Made by a program: the position numbers and the translations under genes. The notes under the pieces are model-generated. The model was given only the letters and a program-made list of their open reading frames with translations, was not told the origin of the DNA and searched no databases. From NCBI GenBank assembly GCA_965285935.1, contig OZ260661.1:112096001-112160000 (forward strand): a stretch of DNA of 64,000 nt. The letters run 5' to 3'. Below, in pieces: positions 1 through 12,470 of this stretch (positions are counted from its first letter, which is position 1; each line of letters starts with the position of its first letter). Source of the stretch: Ophelia neglecta. Taxonomy: Eukaryota.

Positions 1-1301
1 GGGCATACGCGGCTGTGAGCAAAGTCTTTCGCATTACCCAGATACCCAGGTGTTCTTCTCGGACGGAAGTTACATGATGGGCGTCCGTGGTAATACTTGG
101 TGAGAATACCGATGCTTTTGAAAAGCTAACGGGTTCCAGGGAATTATCCCACTTGATCTAAACCCAGATACAATATTGGTTTCCTTAAAGGCTGTCTGGT
201 AGGCCTCATGGAACAACTTGGGCCATGTCTTTCTGTTTAATGTATGGGTAACATCCTGTTGCAAGTATATTCGGTACAGATTCTATTGTATGCACCCTTG
301 AGTGTACCGAAAACTGCTAAATCCAAAGGTTGCAATGCGTGTGTGGTGTGAGGGGGAAGGCAAAAAAATAGTATGTCGTTTTTTAATGCCATCTCGATCA
401 AACCTAAAGTTTCGTGAGAATGATGGCCGTCCAGAATGATCATTTGCGGACGTTTCGGACCACAATTTTTCAGGAACAGTTGCTGAAACCACATCGTCCC
501 AAGGACTTCATCGGTCCACGCTTTTTCTGCGCAAGTCCACAAAGCACCTTTTGGGCCGTCTTGGGTTGACCAACTATAAAGCACTTTTGGAGATTTCCCC
601 CTGACGATGACAAGTGGTGGAAGTGCTTATCCCATACCATTGGCGATGCCTATGATGGTCAGCGATTCTTTTGAGTTTGACACTCTTCCCGGCACAGCTC
701 GTGCCCCTTTTCGAGCCACTACCTTACTAGGGGAGTGCTCCATTGTAGAACTAATTTCGTCCATGTTCCAGATTTGTTGGGGACTGGCGTTCAACCCTGT
801 GGAGTCAAGCAGTTCTTTTAGTGCAACAAAGTAGTCTCCGACCACCGTAGGGTTAAGTCCTCGCGCCCTGACGCTTGACAGACCCTCTGGTTTTCGCAGG
901 GTTATGGATGGATTTCTAGCAAGTAAACCCCTATACCACGCCTCGCCTGCTTTGGTTTGAAATGGTGTCGGTTTTTGAGGCGTGCTAAGACTTCTAGCTA
1001 TACGTCCGACTCTTGTTAGTAGCTGTGATTTGGTAAGAGCCATGCCCTGCTCAGCTGCTGACAGTACTTGGGTCGTTAACATATTTTCTTCATCAGGCGT
1101 GAATACAGGAGGACGCCCGGCTTTTCGCCCATATTTACATTTTCCCGATAATTTGTCCCCGATGGTACTTCGGGGAATGCCAAATCTTTCAGATGCCTCT
1201 CTCTGAGAATAAACCCCAGACCTGACGGCTTCTAAACCGTTTTTAAGCGCCGAGTCATCATATCGAATGTATATATCTTTTTTTCTGTTTTTCTTGGTCA
1301 T
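1..1301 (-). mobile_element. pogo/Tigger-type DDE transposase pseudogene (HTH_psq + CENP-B HTH + DDE_1), runs off the window edge
   Basis: ORF 627-1301 has 'SQREASERFGIPRSTIGDKL', 'GRPPVFTPDEE' and 'WNMDE'. After an in-frame TAA at 627-629 the same frame continues 'ALPPLVIVRGK...ILDGHHSH...LPPHTTHALQPLD'. A frameshift near 265 leads into 'NIVSGFRSSGIIPWNP', with another near 120. TIRs not located. Confidence 0.9.
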
Positions 1302-2453
1302 CGTCGCTGAATCTGCAAAAAGGAATCATTGAAAACGAGAAGCTGGTTTTATTTAATTGATCTTTTTTATAAATCTGACTTAAATACAGTATCCCCCCCC
1401 CCTCTATGCCCGAATAGATAGTTTCTTTGACGTTATTGCACTTACTTTAATATGGCATAAAATCAAAACGAACGGGCCTTGTTAAGGTAAAAACCATTTA
1501 ATGCAAAACGGGAACCATTCATTAGCTTTGTGTGTTGTAACTTTTGGAATAGACTTCTTATCAAATGAGAAAGACAGCAGCTTGACTGGAACCCTCCCCC
1601 AATCACCCCCCTACCTGTTACATATGGCGGGCCCCAGTGCAGTAAATAATACATTCTTTTTTACAGAAATATACAATCTCCGTTGAGCAAGCAGTTGTGC
1701 ATTGAATAAGTGTAGAATAATCTAGCAAACAGATTATTTTACTGCTTTATTAATAATTAGACACTTGCTGGATTACAATATCTTTTCTGAAAATTGACCA
1801 TCTAGCTTAGGCCTATGATGCAATTCAGCCTCTGTCTGGTATAAATAATCAAAAATGTTCACTGGATCATTTAATTACATTGAAACCCACCGTAATAATA
1901 AATCACGTCGTGACTGATCGCAAGAGGCCACTGTGTAAGTGTGCCCTTAGAGCAGATGTATGTGGCCGTAATTGCAACATATAGAAAAAAACTGCATATG
2001 GGGCAATTACGGCCACCCTTTTCAATTGAATACCAACTAAGAATGCGTTTTATTTGAATCATTTGAGTTAGTTTCAGGTTCTAGGTTACATACTAGTATC
2101 ATTTAATGACATTAAAATATATAAAAAAAAGTGTTAATTGTTCCAATGTTACCTTTATGAAACGACCCCTGGTACACCGCTGCATCCACTGGTAAAGTTT
2201 CGAATGTAGCTTAAAATGGCGGGGATTGTATCCGACCAAACCTGTATTGGTTCTGTAGCCTTGCCCTTGCACGGGACCATGCCATAATTGCAGTAAAAAT
2301 AAGCTGTACTTTGAATAGATAAATAAAAGAAAAGCTATCGTAAGTTACTGTAGTCTTAGCCATGTTATTTAATGAAAGGATGAATGGCAGAATGTGTGAT
2401 CTGGCCTGTCTTACACCTAGGGAACTAAAAGGCTACAATGGCTTTGAGTTATA

Positions 2454-2877
2454 TGTAACAACCGGTGGTCTCAGCGGGGTTTGAACTCACTACCCTTGGT
2501 TCTCCAGCCAACAACTCTACCAAGTTTGCCAAAGGGGTAACCCCTCTAGCCAAGCTAGTAGGAGTGTTGTGATCATGCACCAGTGGCCATGACCTGCTCA
2601 TACATCTCTGTTACATTCTCCCCCCTGCTGAGAACCACGTCCCCGTGGTGGTATGGCCACAGGACGGCTGTTGGGTTCGAGACTCTCGGTGAGACAGTCC
2701 CCTACTAGGCTCCATTGTAACAACCGGTGGTCTCAGCGGGGTTTGAACTCACTACCCTTGGTTCTCCAGCCAACAACTCTACCAAGTTTGCCAAAGGCGT
2801 AACCCCTCTAGCCAAGCTAGTAGGAGTGTTGTGATCATGCACCAGTGGCCATGACCTGCTCATACATCTCTGTTACA
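2454..2877 (-). mobile_element. TRIM (non-autonomous LTR retrotransposon) with tRNA-like sequence in its LTRs, Helenus-type
   Basis: Two 162-bp TGTAACA...TGTTACA LTRs (2454-2615 and 2716-2877) differ at 1 position and flank a 100-bp internal region. TATA TSD at 2450-2453 and 2878-2881. On the minus strand a TGG-starting PBS lies 1 nt after the 5' LTR, and PPT AGGGGGGAGAA precedes the 3' LTR. Each LTR has an A box (TGGCAAACTTGG) and a B box (GAGTTCAAACC). Confidence 0.92.
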
Positions 2878-4331
2878 TATAGACCTATAGGCTTCTCTGC
2901 TCATACTTGGGCTAGGCTGCGGCTGCTTCGTACAGACTTGTCATTGCACGTTGCATATGTCCTGGTTCGTCACCATAAAAGCTTGAATGGTTTAACTAAC
3001 CGCCATAGCGGTTCTTTTCTCGTTTGTATGGTCCACAACTTGAAAATCGACAGCTTTATTTGTAATTGTCATATCCATATTTTTTTATTCCTTTTTTTAT
3101 CGTCACTCCAAAGTGAGCATCTTGAAAACGGACTTTACATATGATCATCATGACGTTCTTTTACGATATACCATTAGCATATATTCGCCGCATCTGTGTT
3201 TAACTTGCATTTGACTTAATAACAGTATATTAGTCATTTGAGGCCCCTCTTTCCATCGCCATTGTTCTGATTTCCATTTTTTGTCGTTTTTAACTGTTGA
3301 TTAACTTAGTAGGAGACTTGTCGTAATAAAAACAAAGGAAGAAACATCCAACAGAAAGCATATTTTTTTTAGAAGTTTCTTAAAAGACATTATAGAAAAA
3401 AATTGCAATCAACATTGCAAGATACAAAATTCCAAATAAGTACTTATAAACCTCTAAACTTTACCTGTATTAGAAACAAAAACCTTTTCTATAAGGAGAA
3501 CATGTAAATAATTTATCTTTTTGTCGGCAATTTTTTCAGATTGAAAAATCTATGCCAGTCGGTGTCGTAGTTTATATTCAACAGAATTTGTAACTTTTTC
3601 TAGATTGCTCCTTTTTCCATGGCTTAAAAGTCCAGGGTGAAAAAGAAGGGTATTGTGGTAAATCTGATATATTGTCTGAATACCGATTTCATTATAGAGC
3701 TACATCGTAAGGTCAGAATTGAAAGTTTATTTCAGATAACTAGAATTATGACTCTGCAAATGTGAAAATCAGCGCCACAACCGTCCACGTACAGTGACTT
3801 TACAAACACATTACCCCAAATAGAGTGTGGTGTGTAACCTCATTTAACAGAAATGTGAAAGGATGGTGTGTTAGCGTTGACTAGGCCTCTAACCTCCCAA
3901 CTGATCATTACCAAGCATAGGGTAGCATAGATGCCGTAAATGAAACTCGTTATAAAAGTTGAAATCGTGAAATTCCTTCACACAACTTTCCGCGGACAAT
4001 GATATTGCTTCTCTTTTATGAAAATCAATAGTCATGTGATAAAGTCTTTAATCTTCACTAATGGTTGTGACAGCACTGGAAGCTTCTACAAGCCAAAATC
4101 GCAATCGCTGCCATCATTTCTCGACTCGAAAAGCTCGAAAAAATGCATAAAATTAACAATTCAAGGAACAAGTGGAGATACTTACCTCTAAAACAAAAAT
4201 TGAAGCTTAGAAATTAACTGAACCCACAAGTATATTATAATATTAAAAATAAAAATTCTCCCTAATATATATGTTACGCCTAATTCCTACTTGACTTCAG
4301 CTCGGGGTCTTTATGTTTAGGAGAATTGACG

Positions 4332-4490
4332 GAGAGCGGTAGATTTGGAGTTCGACCTGCACGGATCTATCGCTCCGAGTCAATTGACCGACTTAAAATA
4401 TTTGCATGGTCATATAGTGTGGCTTGAGACAATGAGCAGTAGATTCGAGACAATGAGCAGTAGATTCGTGATTTCTAATCTACTGCTCTC
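4332..4490. repeat. Small imperfect inverted-repeat element (possible MITE) containing a 21-bp tandem duplication
   Basis: gagagcggtagatttgga at 4332 versus ttctaatctactgctctc ending at 4490; gagacaatgagcagtagattc x2 inside. No clear TSD. Confidence 0.35.
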
Positions 4491-4609
4491 TGAATAGGGT
4501 GACGTCAAAAAAATATTTTGAATATCAATATCACTAGATTATAAAATCTAATCCAGATTGAAACATGGGAAACACAGGTCAAGAAATGTTGATGTTATAT
4601 ATTACGTAC

Positions 4610-4725
4610 CTCATATACAGATCTAAGTGATCCATTACATGTAGGAGGATCGAAGACACCAGGATCGCTGACGACTACGTCTACATTCATGAATGAACCT
4701 GTCACGGTTGCTGACAGACCAGTAC
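4610..4725 (-). CDS. EPDR: EPDR coding exon 5 (FMNVDVVVSDPGVFDPPTC)
   Basis: acceptor tttgtcgtttag; ends at donor GTACGT or reads on to TAA at 4595-4597. Confidence 0.85.
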
Positions 4726-7700
4726 CTAAACGACAAACATCAATTTACTCTGCTGATATTTATAGATATGCTCAATTGTTATTCATTATTACCAGAGTTT
4801 AATTTCTAAAACATCGGTGCCTTTCAACATCTAAAATGAATAAGTTAGTATAGTTATTATTATATCCTAAAAGAGGGCAATTCTAAATATATGAACTTAT
4901 TTATGCAGGCTCAATAAAATTCAAAGAAAATTGTGTAAGGACATGCCTCATTTGAGTATAATTATATTAGATCGTTATCCATCAAAATGCACAGTATTCT
5001 GTGATGCTTGGTATATCTTATAGACAACCACTGAAACACTGTTTTATGCGATAGATGATTAGACATGAGAGTTGTTCTTCATTTCATATAGGCCTATAAG
5101 AATAAAAACTATTCGAGCGTATAAATCAAGATGAAGCATTGGAGGTTGGAAACTTCCATTTCTGTCTCTGTTCATGGTATGTTGTTGCTGTGGCAAACGA
5201 AACTATATGGGGTGGAGTATTTACTCAAGGAAACAAGACAAGCAGGCTCAAAGCTACCCTTTGTAAAGCGGTGAAGCTGTGCAAAGAGCATTACTTTCTG
5301 CTTCGAAGAGTAGCCCATAACTGGATGTATCACATATTGATATACCTACTAGACAAATAGGATGACGTCTTATGCCATATTTCACAAAAATCAGATTTTT
5401 TTGAAGGATAGCAACTCTTCATTTCTAAATGTATATATTTTCACAAGTATATTGAATATTCCATAATTTTTCCTATGCTGGCCTTTAATATTTATACTCA
5501 TTTTGTACCTATTTCCAGAACATTCCATTGCCGATTAAAACAAATACATTAGTTTAATCATTGAAAAAAGACGGCCGGAAGCCGGATTATGTTAGCATCT
5601 ATATTCGCAACTTATTGTAAGGTCCATTGACCAGGATTTCGCAATTGAATACGTAACGCCATTCGTTGTTTTGTTTAATTATTTATGTTTTGGGGGGGCC
5701 GCATGCGCGTTCACGATTTCTCAGTAGAAGGGGTACATTTTTGGCTTCGATCTTGGGACCGAGAATTTCTCGAAAAAGGGGTTTATTTTCGAGTTTTTTT
5801 TCGCGAGAAATTGAAAAAAAATGGGCCTTTTTTATCAGCCCCCAGAGAAATTTTAAAAAGGCATTTTGACAAGCATGTGCAGAGAAAAGGATTGGAAAGA
5901 TTTCCGAGAATGGGGGATGAAAAACGCCGCCGTCACAAAAACAGCTTGTGGTCCTCCAAGCTTTGATATTTTACCTCATTTTGATGCCCCCTATAAAAGG
6001 GGGTAGGTGCTTCCTGGAGCCTGAGAATAGGGGGTATGATAGGGGTAAAAACCTGAAAAACCCCGCGATAGCCTAAGATAAGGGGGTGAAGAATTCAAAA
6101 CCTTTTCTGAGATAGGGGTCAATTTTAAAAGAGGTGACCAAGCATGGGTACCCCCTAAAATGGCGGAGTGGGGGGGGGGGGGGGGCTGGGCATATACATT
6201 GATACAGATATCTTATCACTACTGGGATGAGGCCTTTATAATGAAAAAGCTATCTCCATGTAAAATTGTTTTTGTGGACAAAATATGTATTTCTAGTCGA
6301 ACAATGCTTTTCCACAATATTTGTGCTGTTTTTCTTTGATCTCTGTCGGTTGATGTCACCTGCGATCTCTTGATTGCCAAATATGTCTAGAGTCATTATA
6401 GTTTATCTACTATCTATAAGCAGCTAGTATATCCATAGATATATGGATCCAAATCTATATAACTATATAGCCTAGTACTTAAAAGTAAGATAGTGTCTTT
6501 GAATATATGACAAGTAGTTTTGACAGGCTTGTTACCGATATCTTACCATTTTTCATCTCTCAGACTTAACAATGGGCAGTATGACTGCTGCAGCCAATCA
6601 TATTTGCCAATATTAATTTACTTAAATAATAAAAACCGTGGAATGAAAATAGTAGGCTGGAATACTTTGGTAGGTAAGAAAAGAAAATCAGGCTGTCATT
6701 GTCTCAGGACTGAGAAAATCCAAGGACCTAGCTTATATATGACGTCAGCTTCAGTAATTATTGACACCAAGGGGCTGGCACCTCATTTTATATATAAAAG
6801 AAGGAAATATAACATACCCCAGGAATCATTCCAAAAAGTATTGAAATTGATGTAACCACAATACGGCTCTTGAACGGTGATATACGAATTAACAGTTGGA
6901 CTGCCAGGAGCCATGTTATAGGAAGTGGCGCTTATTCCGAGACCGAGCCAATAGCTACCAGCAGATTCGGCAGTGTCTGGAAAAATGTTGGTGACTGATT
7001 GACATGGGAATGCGCACGCACTCTAGAGGCAGAAACCTGTGTCAGTTTGGCATGGTTAATAACTATGCATACTTTATATTATATAAATACTAATATGACG
7101 GTCAAACTACAGATATCGAAAACAGTAAATTTATTCAGCGCTTTCATTGAAAGGGCGTGGATGTGCGCTTGAGTCCAAACGAGTCGCTTACCGTATGCAG
7201 TTAGGGCATGATGGTTTAACATTAATTCTGTCCACTTTAATAAGAATAATTATATTTATAACTTAAAATTCACAGTTTTCTAATATTCACAGTGTTATTA
7301 TAGCTAAAGTCATTGATTTTTACATGATTATCAATCGAAGGAATGCTTTCCCTTACCCGGGATACACATAGGCATGACGTTATCCGGAGCCATGAAAGAT
7401 CCCGTTTCGCATGATCCATCTTCATACGTCAGCCACATGGTGCCCTGTGCGTGAATCAAACCATGATTTGATTATCTATAATACCATATAGAAATAATTG
7501 GTAATAGTTCCCCCCCCCCTTTTCTTCTTTGACTTCAATTGATGTTATATTTAAGCTTTTTAAGCTCTATTCATAATACTCGGTTACAAGAATTGGGGAA
7601 AAATGACATATGTGGGCCTGGGGAGGATTGATCCTGATGAACCCGGACTGTCTGTATTAGCGATTTTCATTTGACTGCCAGGTATCCAATTTTAGTTTTA

Positions 7701-8522
7701 GAAGAAGGGTAGTCGTGCCATTAACCCCAAAATAGGAACGGTACACGCTATGGATATCGTCTAAAAAGTTACGCTTGTAATTAATCAGAACTAATGTGAG
7801 CTAATAAATATTGATTAAGCGAGATAAAGCTTCATTTTTAACTCATTCATTGGTATTATAATAATGGAAGTGCAATTAGAAACATCTAATACACTTCTGA
7901 TTGCTTGTGATTACATTCAACCGACCGTGCTATAGTCAAATAGTCCATAGGACACTCCGGGGAGAAGTGGAAATACTCCGCCATAAGATGCAAAAGTCAT
8001 CTCCCTATCAGCATCATATACAACACTGGGGGAAAAATAACATACCATTAAATATAAGGAACTTCATTATTATCCGTAATACATAGCAATAGTAATGAGA
8101 CAAACTCGAATGAAATATTTTTATTACCAGGTGGCAACTGGAAAGTATATGTATAATGAGAGAAAAAGTGGCAAAATAACTATCAACCCACACCTTGCAA
8201 TGTCCTGAGTTGTTGAGATCTACAACAGTGTGAAAATTGCCAAATCTTTCAAACGCACCTATTATCCGATCAATATTGGATAGCTATACGTACATCACCT
8301 AATGGCATATGTATCACATCATAAATTTTATTGTCCTCGATTCATGCTATTTTTTTTAAAACGTTCTTAAACATACCTCAAGGCGCTGTATAAGGATTCT
8401 GCGGTGCCATTTTGGTACCATTGCATAGAATAGCCTATCATGCCTTCCCACTTCCTAGGCATACAGCAATGCTGGGCTTGACATGCCAGAAAACATAGGC
8501 CAAGAAAGACAAATAGCAACAT
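4610..8522 (-). CDS. EPDR: Ependymin-related protein (EPDR), secreted, >=203 aa. Exons 8522-8377, 8025-7926, 7444-7357, 6976-6818, 4725-4610; last few codons uncertain
   Basis: Spliced translation: MLLFVFLGLCFLACQAQHCCMPRKWEG...VVYDADRE...LFDYSTGTMWLTYEDGSC...PMCIPDTAESAGSYWLG...EPYCGY...FMNVDVVVSDPGVFDPPTCNGS. It shows a signal peptide plus the CCxPxxWEG, YD, CIP and FxN...DPxVFxPPxC ependymin motifs. All introns are GT-AG with matching phases (2,0,1,1) and no stops. Confidence 0.9.
5691..6190. repeat. Probable non-autonomous DNA transposon remnant (G-run ends, repeated GGGGT motifs) in EPDR intron 4
   Basis: CpG-rich block bounded by G tracts, with recurring aggggt.. motifs; a similar-looking block lies reversed at ~34660-34830. 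Termini and TSD not resolved. Confidence 0.3.
6818..6976 (-). CDS. EPDR: EPDR coding exon 4
   Basis: acceptor atttttccag, donor GTATGT, 159 nt, open. Confidence 0.85.
7357..7444 (-). CDS. EPDR: EPDR coding exon 3 (GTMWLTYEDGSC...MCIP)
   Basis: acceptor cacgcacag, donor GTAAGG, 88 nt. Confidence 0.85.
7926..8025 (-). CDS. EPDR: EPDR coding exon 2 (VVYDADRE...LFDYST)
   Basis: acceptor tttttcccccag, donor GTCGGT, 100 nt. Confidence 0.85.
8377..8522 (-). CDS. EPDR: EPDR coding exon 1 (signal peptide + CCMPRKWEG)
   Basis: ATG at 8522, donor GTATGT, 146 nt, ends phase 2. Confidence 0.88.
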
Positions 8523-11270
8523 CGTTTGGTATTATTAACCGGAATGCTGCGAAGATGTTGTACAAGCAATATGCTTGGTTGCAATGTGCTGAAAGGGTAA
8601 AGCCTTAAATTGACGTTCTCGTGAGTGTTGCTTAAGATACGTTGCATTTTATAGTTCAGAGATATTTATACTGAGATAAGAAATGGCTAAACCTTGGTAT
8701 CTTGAATTACCTTTATATATTTCATTTATATCATGAACGCCACGTTGGATCAAGGTGAAAGTTACCGTATATAACACGGTGAGGAGGAGGAATCACCATC
8801 TGTAGAAATCCCATGGTTGTTAAAATAGAGCCAGTCAATAATAAATAAAATTTAAATATCCAAAGTCTGATATGATTATAAACGTGAAAAGGCAGCCACT
8901 TCATCTTTTAAAGTAATAGTTGGACTCTCCGTAGCTGAAGCTTTGGCCGTCTAAAAACCTCCAAAATAAAATCCAGCGAAGGATTCTTATGAGCGTGCGA
9001 ACAAAGATCCCGGACATATTCGTGAAAAAATATAAATCATAAAATAAATTGAAAGGTTTTATATCTCTCTAGAATGCAGCAATAGCTATTTACACTGACA
9101 TAAATTGCACCTCTGAATACCAAAGTGGCAGTTGTATTAAATCAGATCTCTGTTTTATTAATCTTGGAAGAATGTCGTGTTATTTTTCACCCCTTTCAGA
9201 AGAAGTCACACGTACGTCTTATCCATATCTCCGCACATATACGTCTTTTCCATATCTAAGCGTTCTGAGGTACACATATCGCCTTGTTGGCAAGGAACCA
9301 AACCGAATCACGAACTCAACTGCATTGTGGAGCTTCTTGACTGTACATCATCCCACGAAAGGAAAAGCCGGATTGAACAAATTGTATAATAAAATACTTA
9401 GACGACCGCCAATCAGCACCGGCTACAGTCTGAATATTTTGTATTGTTGCTCTTCTCAATTCTTCTAAAGGCTGCGTGTTCTTTCTGACAGTGTGCTTAA
9501 TACCCTGAGAGAGTGTATATTCTTTGACTTATTGAAGGCTCTATCTATATTTTATCTCCATTTTTTCTATATATTTCTTTCTTTTCTTGTTCTTCGTGAC
9601 CGAAAAGATCCTGGCCAACCTTATCGTCGCTCAATCCGCTAGCAACTTTCCTTTTGCATCAGCGGGCGGTGGGCGGTGGGGGTGGGTGGGGTGGGGGGAC
9701 ATATAATCTTTACCCTTTGGCAAGGTGCTAATAGCCGACTGAACAATTCCAGGTGGTAGCTCGTATGCCAGTCCGCACTAAAGCCTCTTATAAGCGCTGC
9801 TGATGGGACAGCAAAGTACCATCTCCATGATCTTTATCCCCACTCATGACACTTAAGAACTTGCTATGAAGTTAGGGCATACTCCACTTTCCAGAATTTC
9901 ATATTTTCTGTGGAAGGGTCCGTGGTCTCGCAGCAGTCTGTTTCTATTACCCGTCCCAGCTCCGGTCCTTAACGATACGTTTGTAAATTTTATAACTTAC
10001 ATGTATGTCGCGTTATCGCGCAAATACAGGCTATGTCAAGTTTTACTATCTTCGGTGGTATAGCAATCAATTAATGAAAATATAATATATATCACTGAGC
10101 GAGGTATGAAGACGAGCGATATGACACTATCATTATGTCATATGCGTATTTGTTTAAAAACCTGATATTTAATAAAATAATTTATGATTGTGTTCAAGTT
10201 TTAAAAGGTATGTGAAGGTGTATTGACAGGTAAGGGCTTTTAAATGATTGTATTAATAAACTCCTCGATTCATAAAATCCTAGATTACAATCACTTGAAA
10301 GTGTAAAAATATAGTATCTACAATACATTTTTAAATCTTCTTTGGTTTAAACATATTTATTTGGATTGACCGAGTAGCGCTAGGCTAATCGAGCGGTCTC
10401 TCCTCAATAACAATACAGATTAATATTAAATGACATATATAATAAGGTAACATATTAAATCTTCTTTCTATGACCAGCATTTTATGGAGACTGATCATTG
10501 ATTACTTTGACCTTCATTATTCGCCCCTTTCCTGCCATTAAGGTCAAACCAGAATTGGATATCACACTGAAAGGTCAAATGGTAGGCCTCTTCAATGCTG
10601 GGTAGATTAACGGGCTCGGCCGACGGAGGTTTCCGGAGGACATTGCTTCCTGCGCAAAATGAAGGTTAAAGTAGGTACAGTCTGTATGTACTATTTAAAA
10701 CTCCGGATCAATGATCCGATAGGGGTAGACATATCCAATCTCCAAAACTACGCATAAAAATATATTATATACTTTGTAACTGTAATAAATTAACACGGAT
10801 ATTATTTTAACCGCGTTCGCGCGAACGCGATTCTTGGGCGAGGGCGGTAGATTAATGCCAAGAAGGTTACAGTACGCATGCGCTGCAAACCATGACGCGT
10901 CAGTTCGTACTAAAGTAGCATATTCCAAATCCCTGTTTAATATTGTTTTTTGTTATAAAGATATCACTTTATCAATATGGATTGTGCAACAGCACTTGAT
11001 ATTGGTATGGCAGTAATGTCTAATGCGGTCTTATTTTGCTTAATTCATTATTGTAATTAATCTTATTCAAAGTGGTCATTCCAAGTACCTGCCGAATGTA
11101 TGCAGTAGATCTGGTAACGTCATCCACTTCAAGCCAAACATGCATATTTGTTACAACATCGTTCACAGTGCCTACATTCCGGAGATGACCCATATTAACC
11201 GGCCTTTCACTATTATGTTAAAAGTTATTAATGAGAGTAATTTTACATAGCCTATAGTCTTTTTACGTAC

Positions 11271-12470
11271 AACACCTGGGTATTCTGAGGCTAGACTCGA
11301 GCAACGTGTAATGCAGCTTTCATGATTTAACTCTGAAGAGTGGGATCTTACTTGTATTATTTGACTTGATCCAATGATAGGGGGCAGGCCTGGTGTTTGT
11401 AGTGAGTAACATCCGAGGTCTTCATAGTTATAGCCTGGTATAATTAATGATAAACCATTACTCATGTCCGATTCAGACATAATTTACTCATATATGTTAC
11501 AAATTATATTTGGATATTATTGAAGTCTGAACATAAAAGAAATTGATCAAATAACAAATAAACATATATGTTTGTAATACTATATTGGTCTAGGAAATTC
11601 CTGTTTAGTTCCATTTTGTGCGCTATTGCAGGAGCCAGTTCTGGAAGAAGGCTAGCATGAAACTATTTAACGTGAATTTTACTTCATAATTGAGGATTGA
11701 TTTAACATTAGAAAAGATATATATCGAAGTAAATCATATTGAGAACACACACAAAACCTGCGTCGCTGACATGGCCAGGCAACACATTTGAAACCAAGAA
11801 GCAATAGTAACAATATTTAACCAAACTAACATGGTCAGAGCATTCATAGAAATTCAAATACAGTATGAAGGTTGCGGAATAAACTCAACACAATTATTGC
11901 GCTCACTGTTGCAAACAAAAGGTTATCTTTTTATGTCATTGAAGACTGTAGGCTTATATAGTATGTTAACAAAGATCTAAACGTTCAAAACATACCGGAA
12001 TAAAACCTCCATTTTTGCCCTATTCTTCCACCATTAGTGTTTACGTAAATGGAGCACCAGGAGTCATGATCAGCAGGATTTGAGAAGGAACACTTAAACG
12101 GACAAACTATATTACCGGGATCCAATTTATCGTCCAATTTCGGACCACATGAACCGAACAGCATCACTTTTCCGTAGTTATCAGTTTGAGCTTACTACCA
12201 GAGGCGATGTGGTTTAAAAAGAAATGGGTGCTATTAATAATGATAATATAAAAGTTCTCATTGGGCATACATATATAGAACTGTTATGGGAACACTAATC
12301 AGAAATGTCGAGTTCAACATTCATATAGTTGACGGTACTACTTGTTTAAAGAAAATGCATCAGTGGATGACATAAAGGAATCAATGGTGGACTCACTACA
12401 AAATAATAACCAGACGTGCATCTTTTGGAACAAATCTCTCTTAAAGTCCTACAGGATGCCCAGAGGGCCA
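11271..12470 (-). pseudogene. Possible decayed WSC-domain (Cys-rich extracellular) gene fragments
   Basis: Exon-like 11434-11271 reads 'YNYEDLGCY...LNHESCITRCSSLASEYPGV'. ~12190-11996 reads 'GSCG...CPFKC...WC...GG...WRFYS|GTATGT'. ~12470-12397 reads 'REICSKRCTSGYYFV|GTGAGT'. One junction is phase-compatible; the others hit stops. Confidence 0.35.

Noticed and set aside
2470-2545. Functional tRNA gene
   Set aside because: A/B boxes are present, but acceptor and anticodon stems do not pair canonically and the sequence lies within LTRs.
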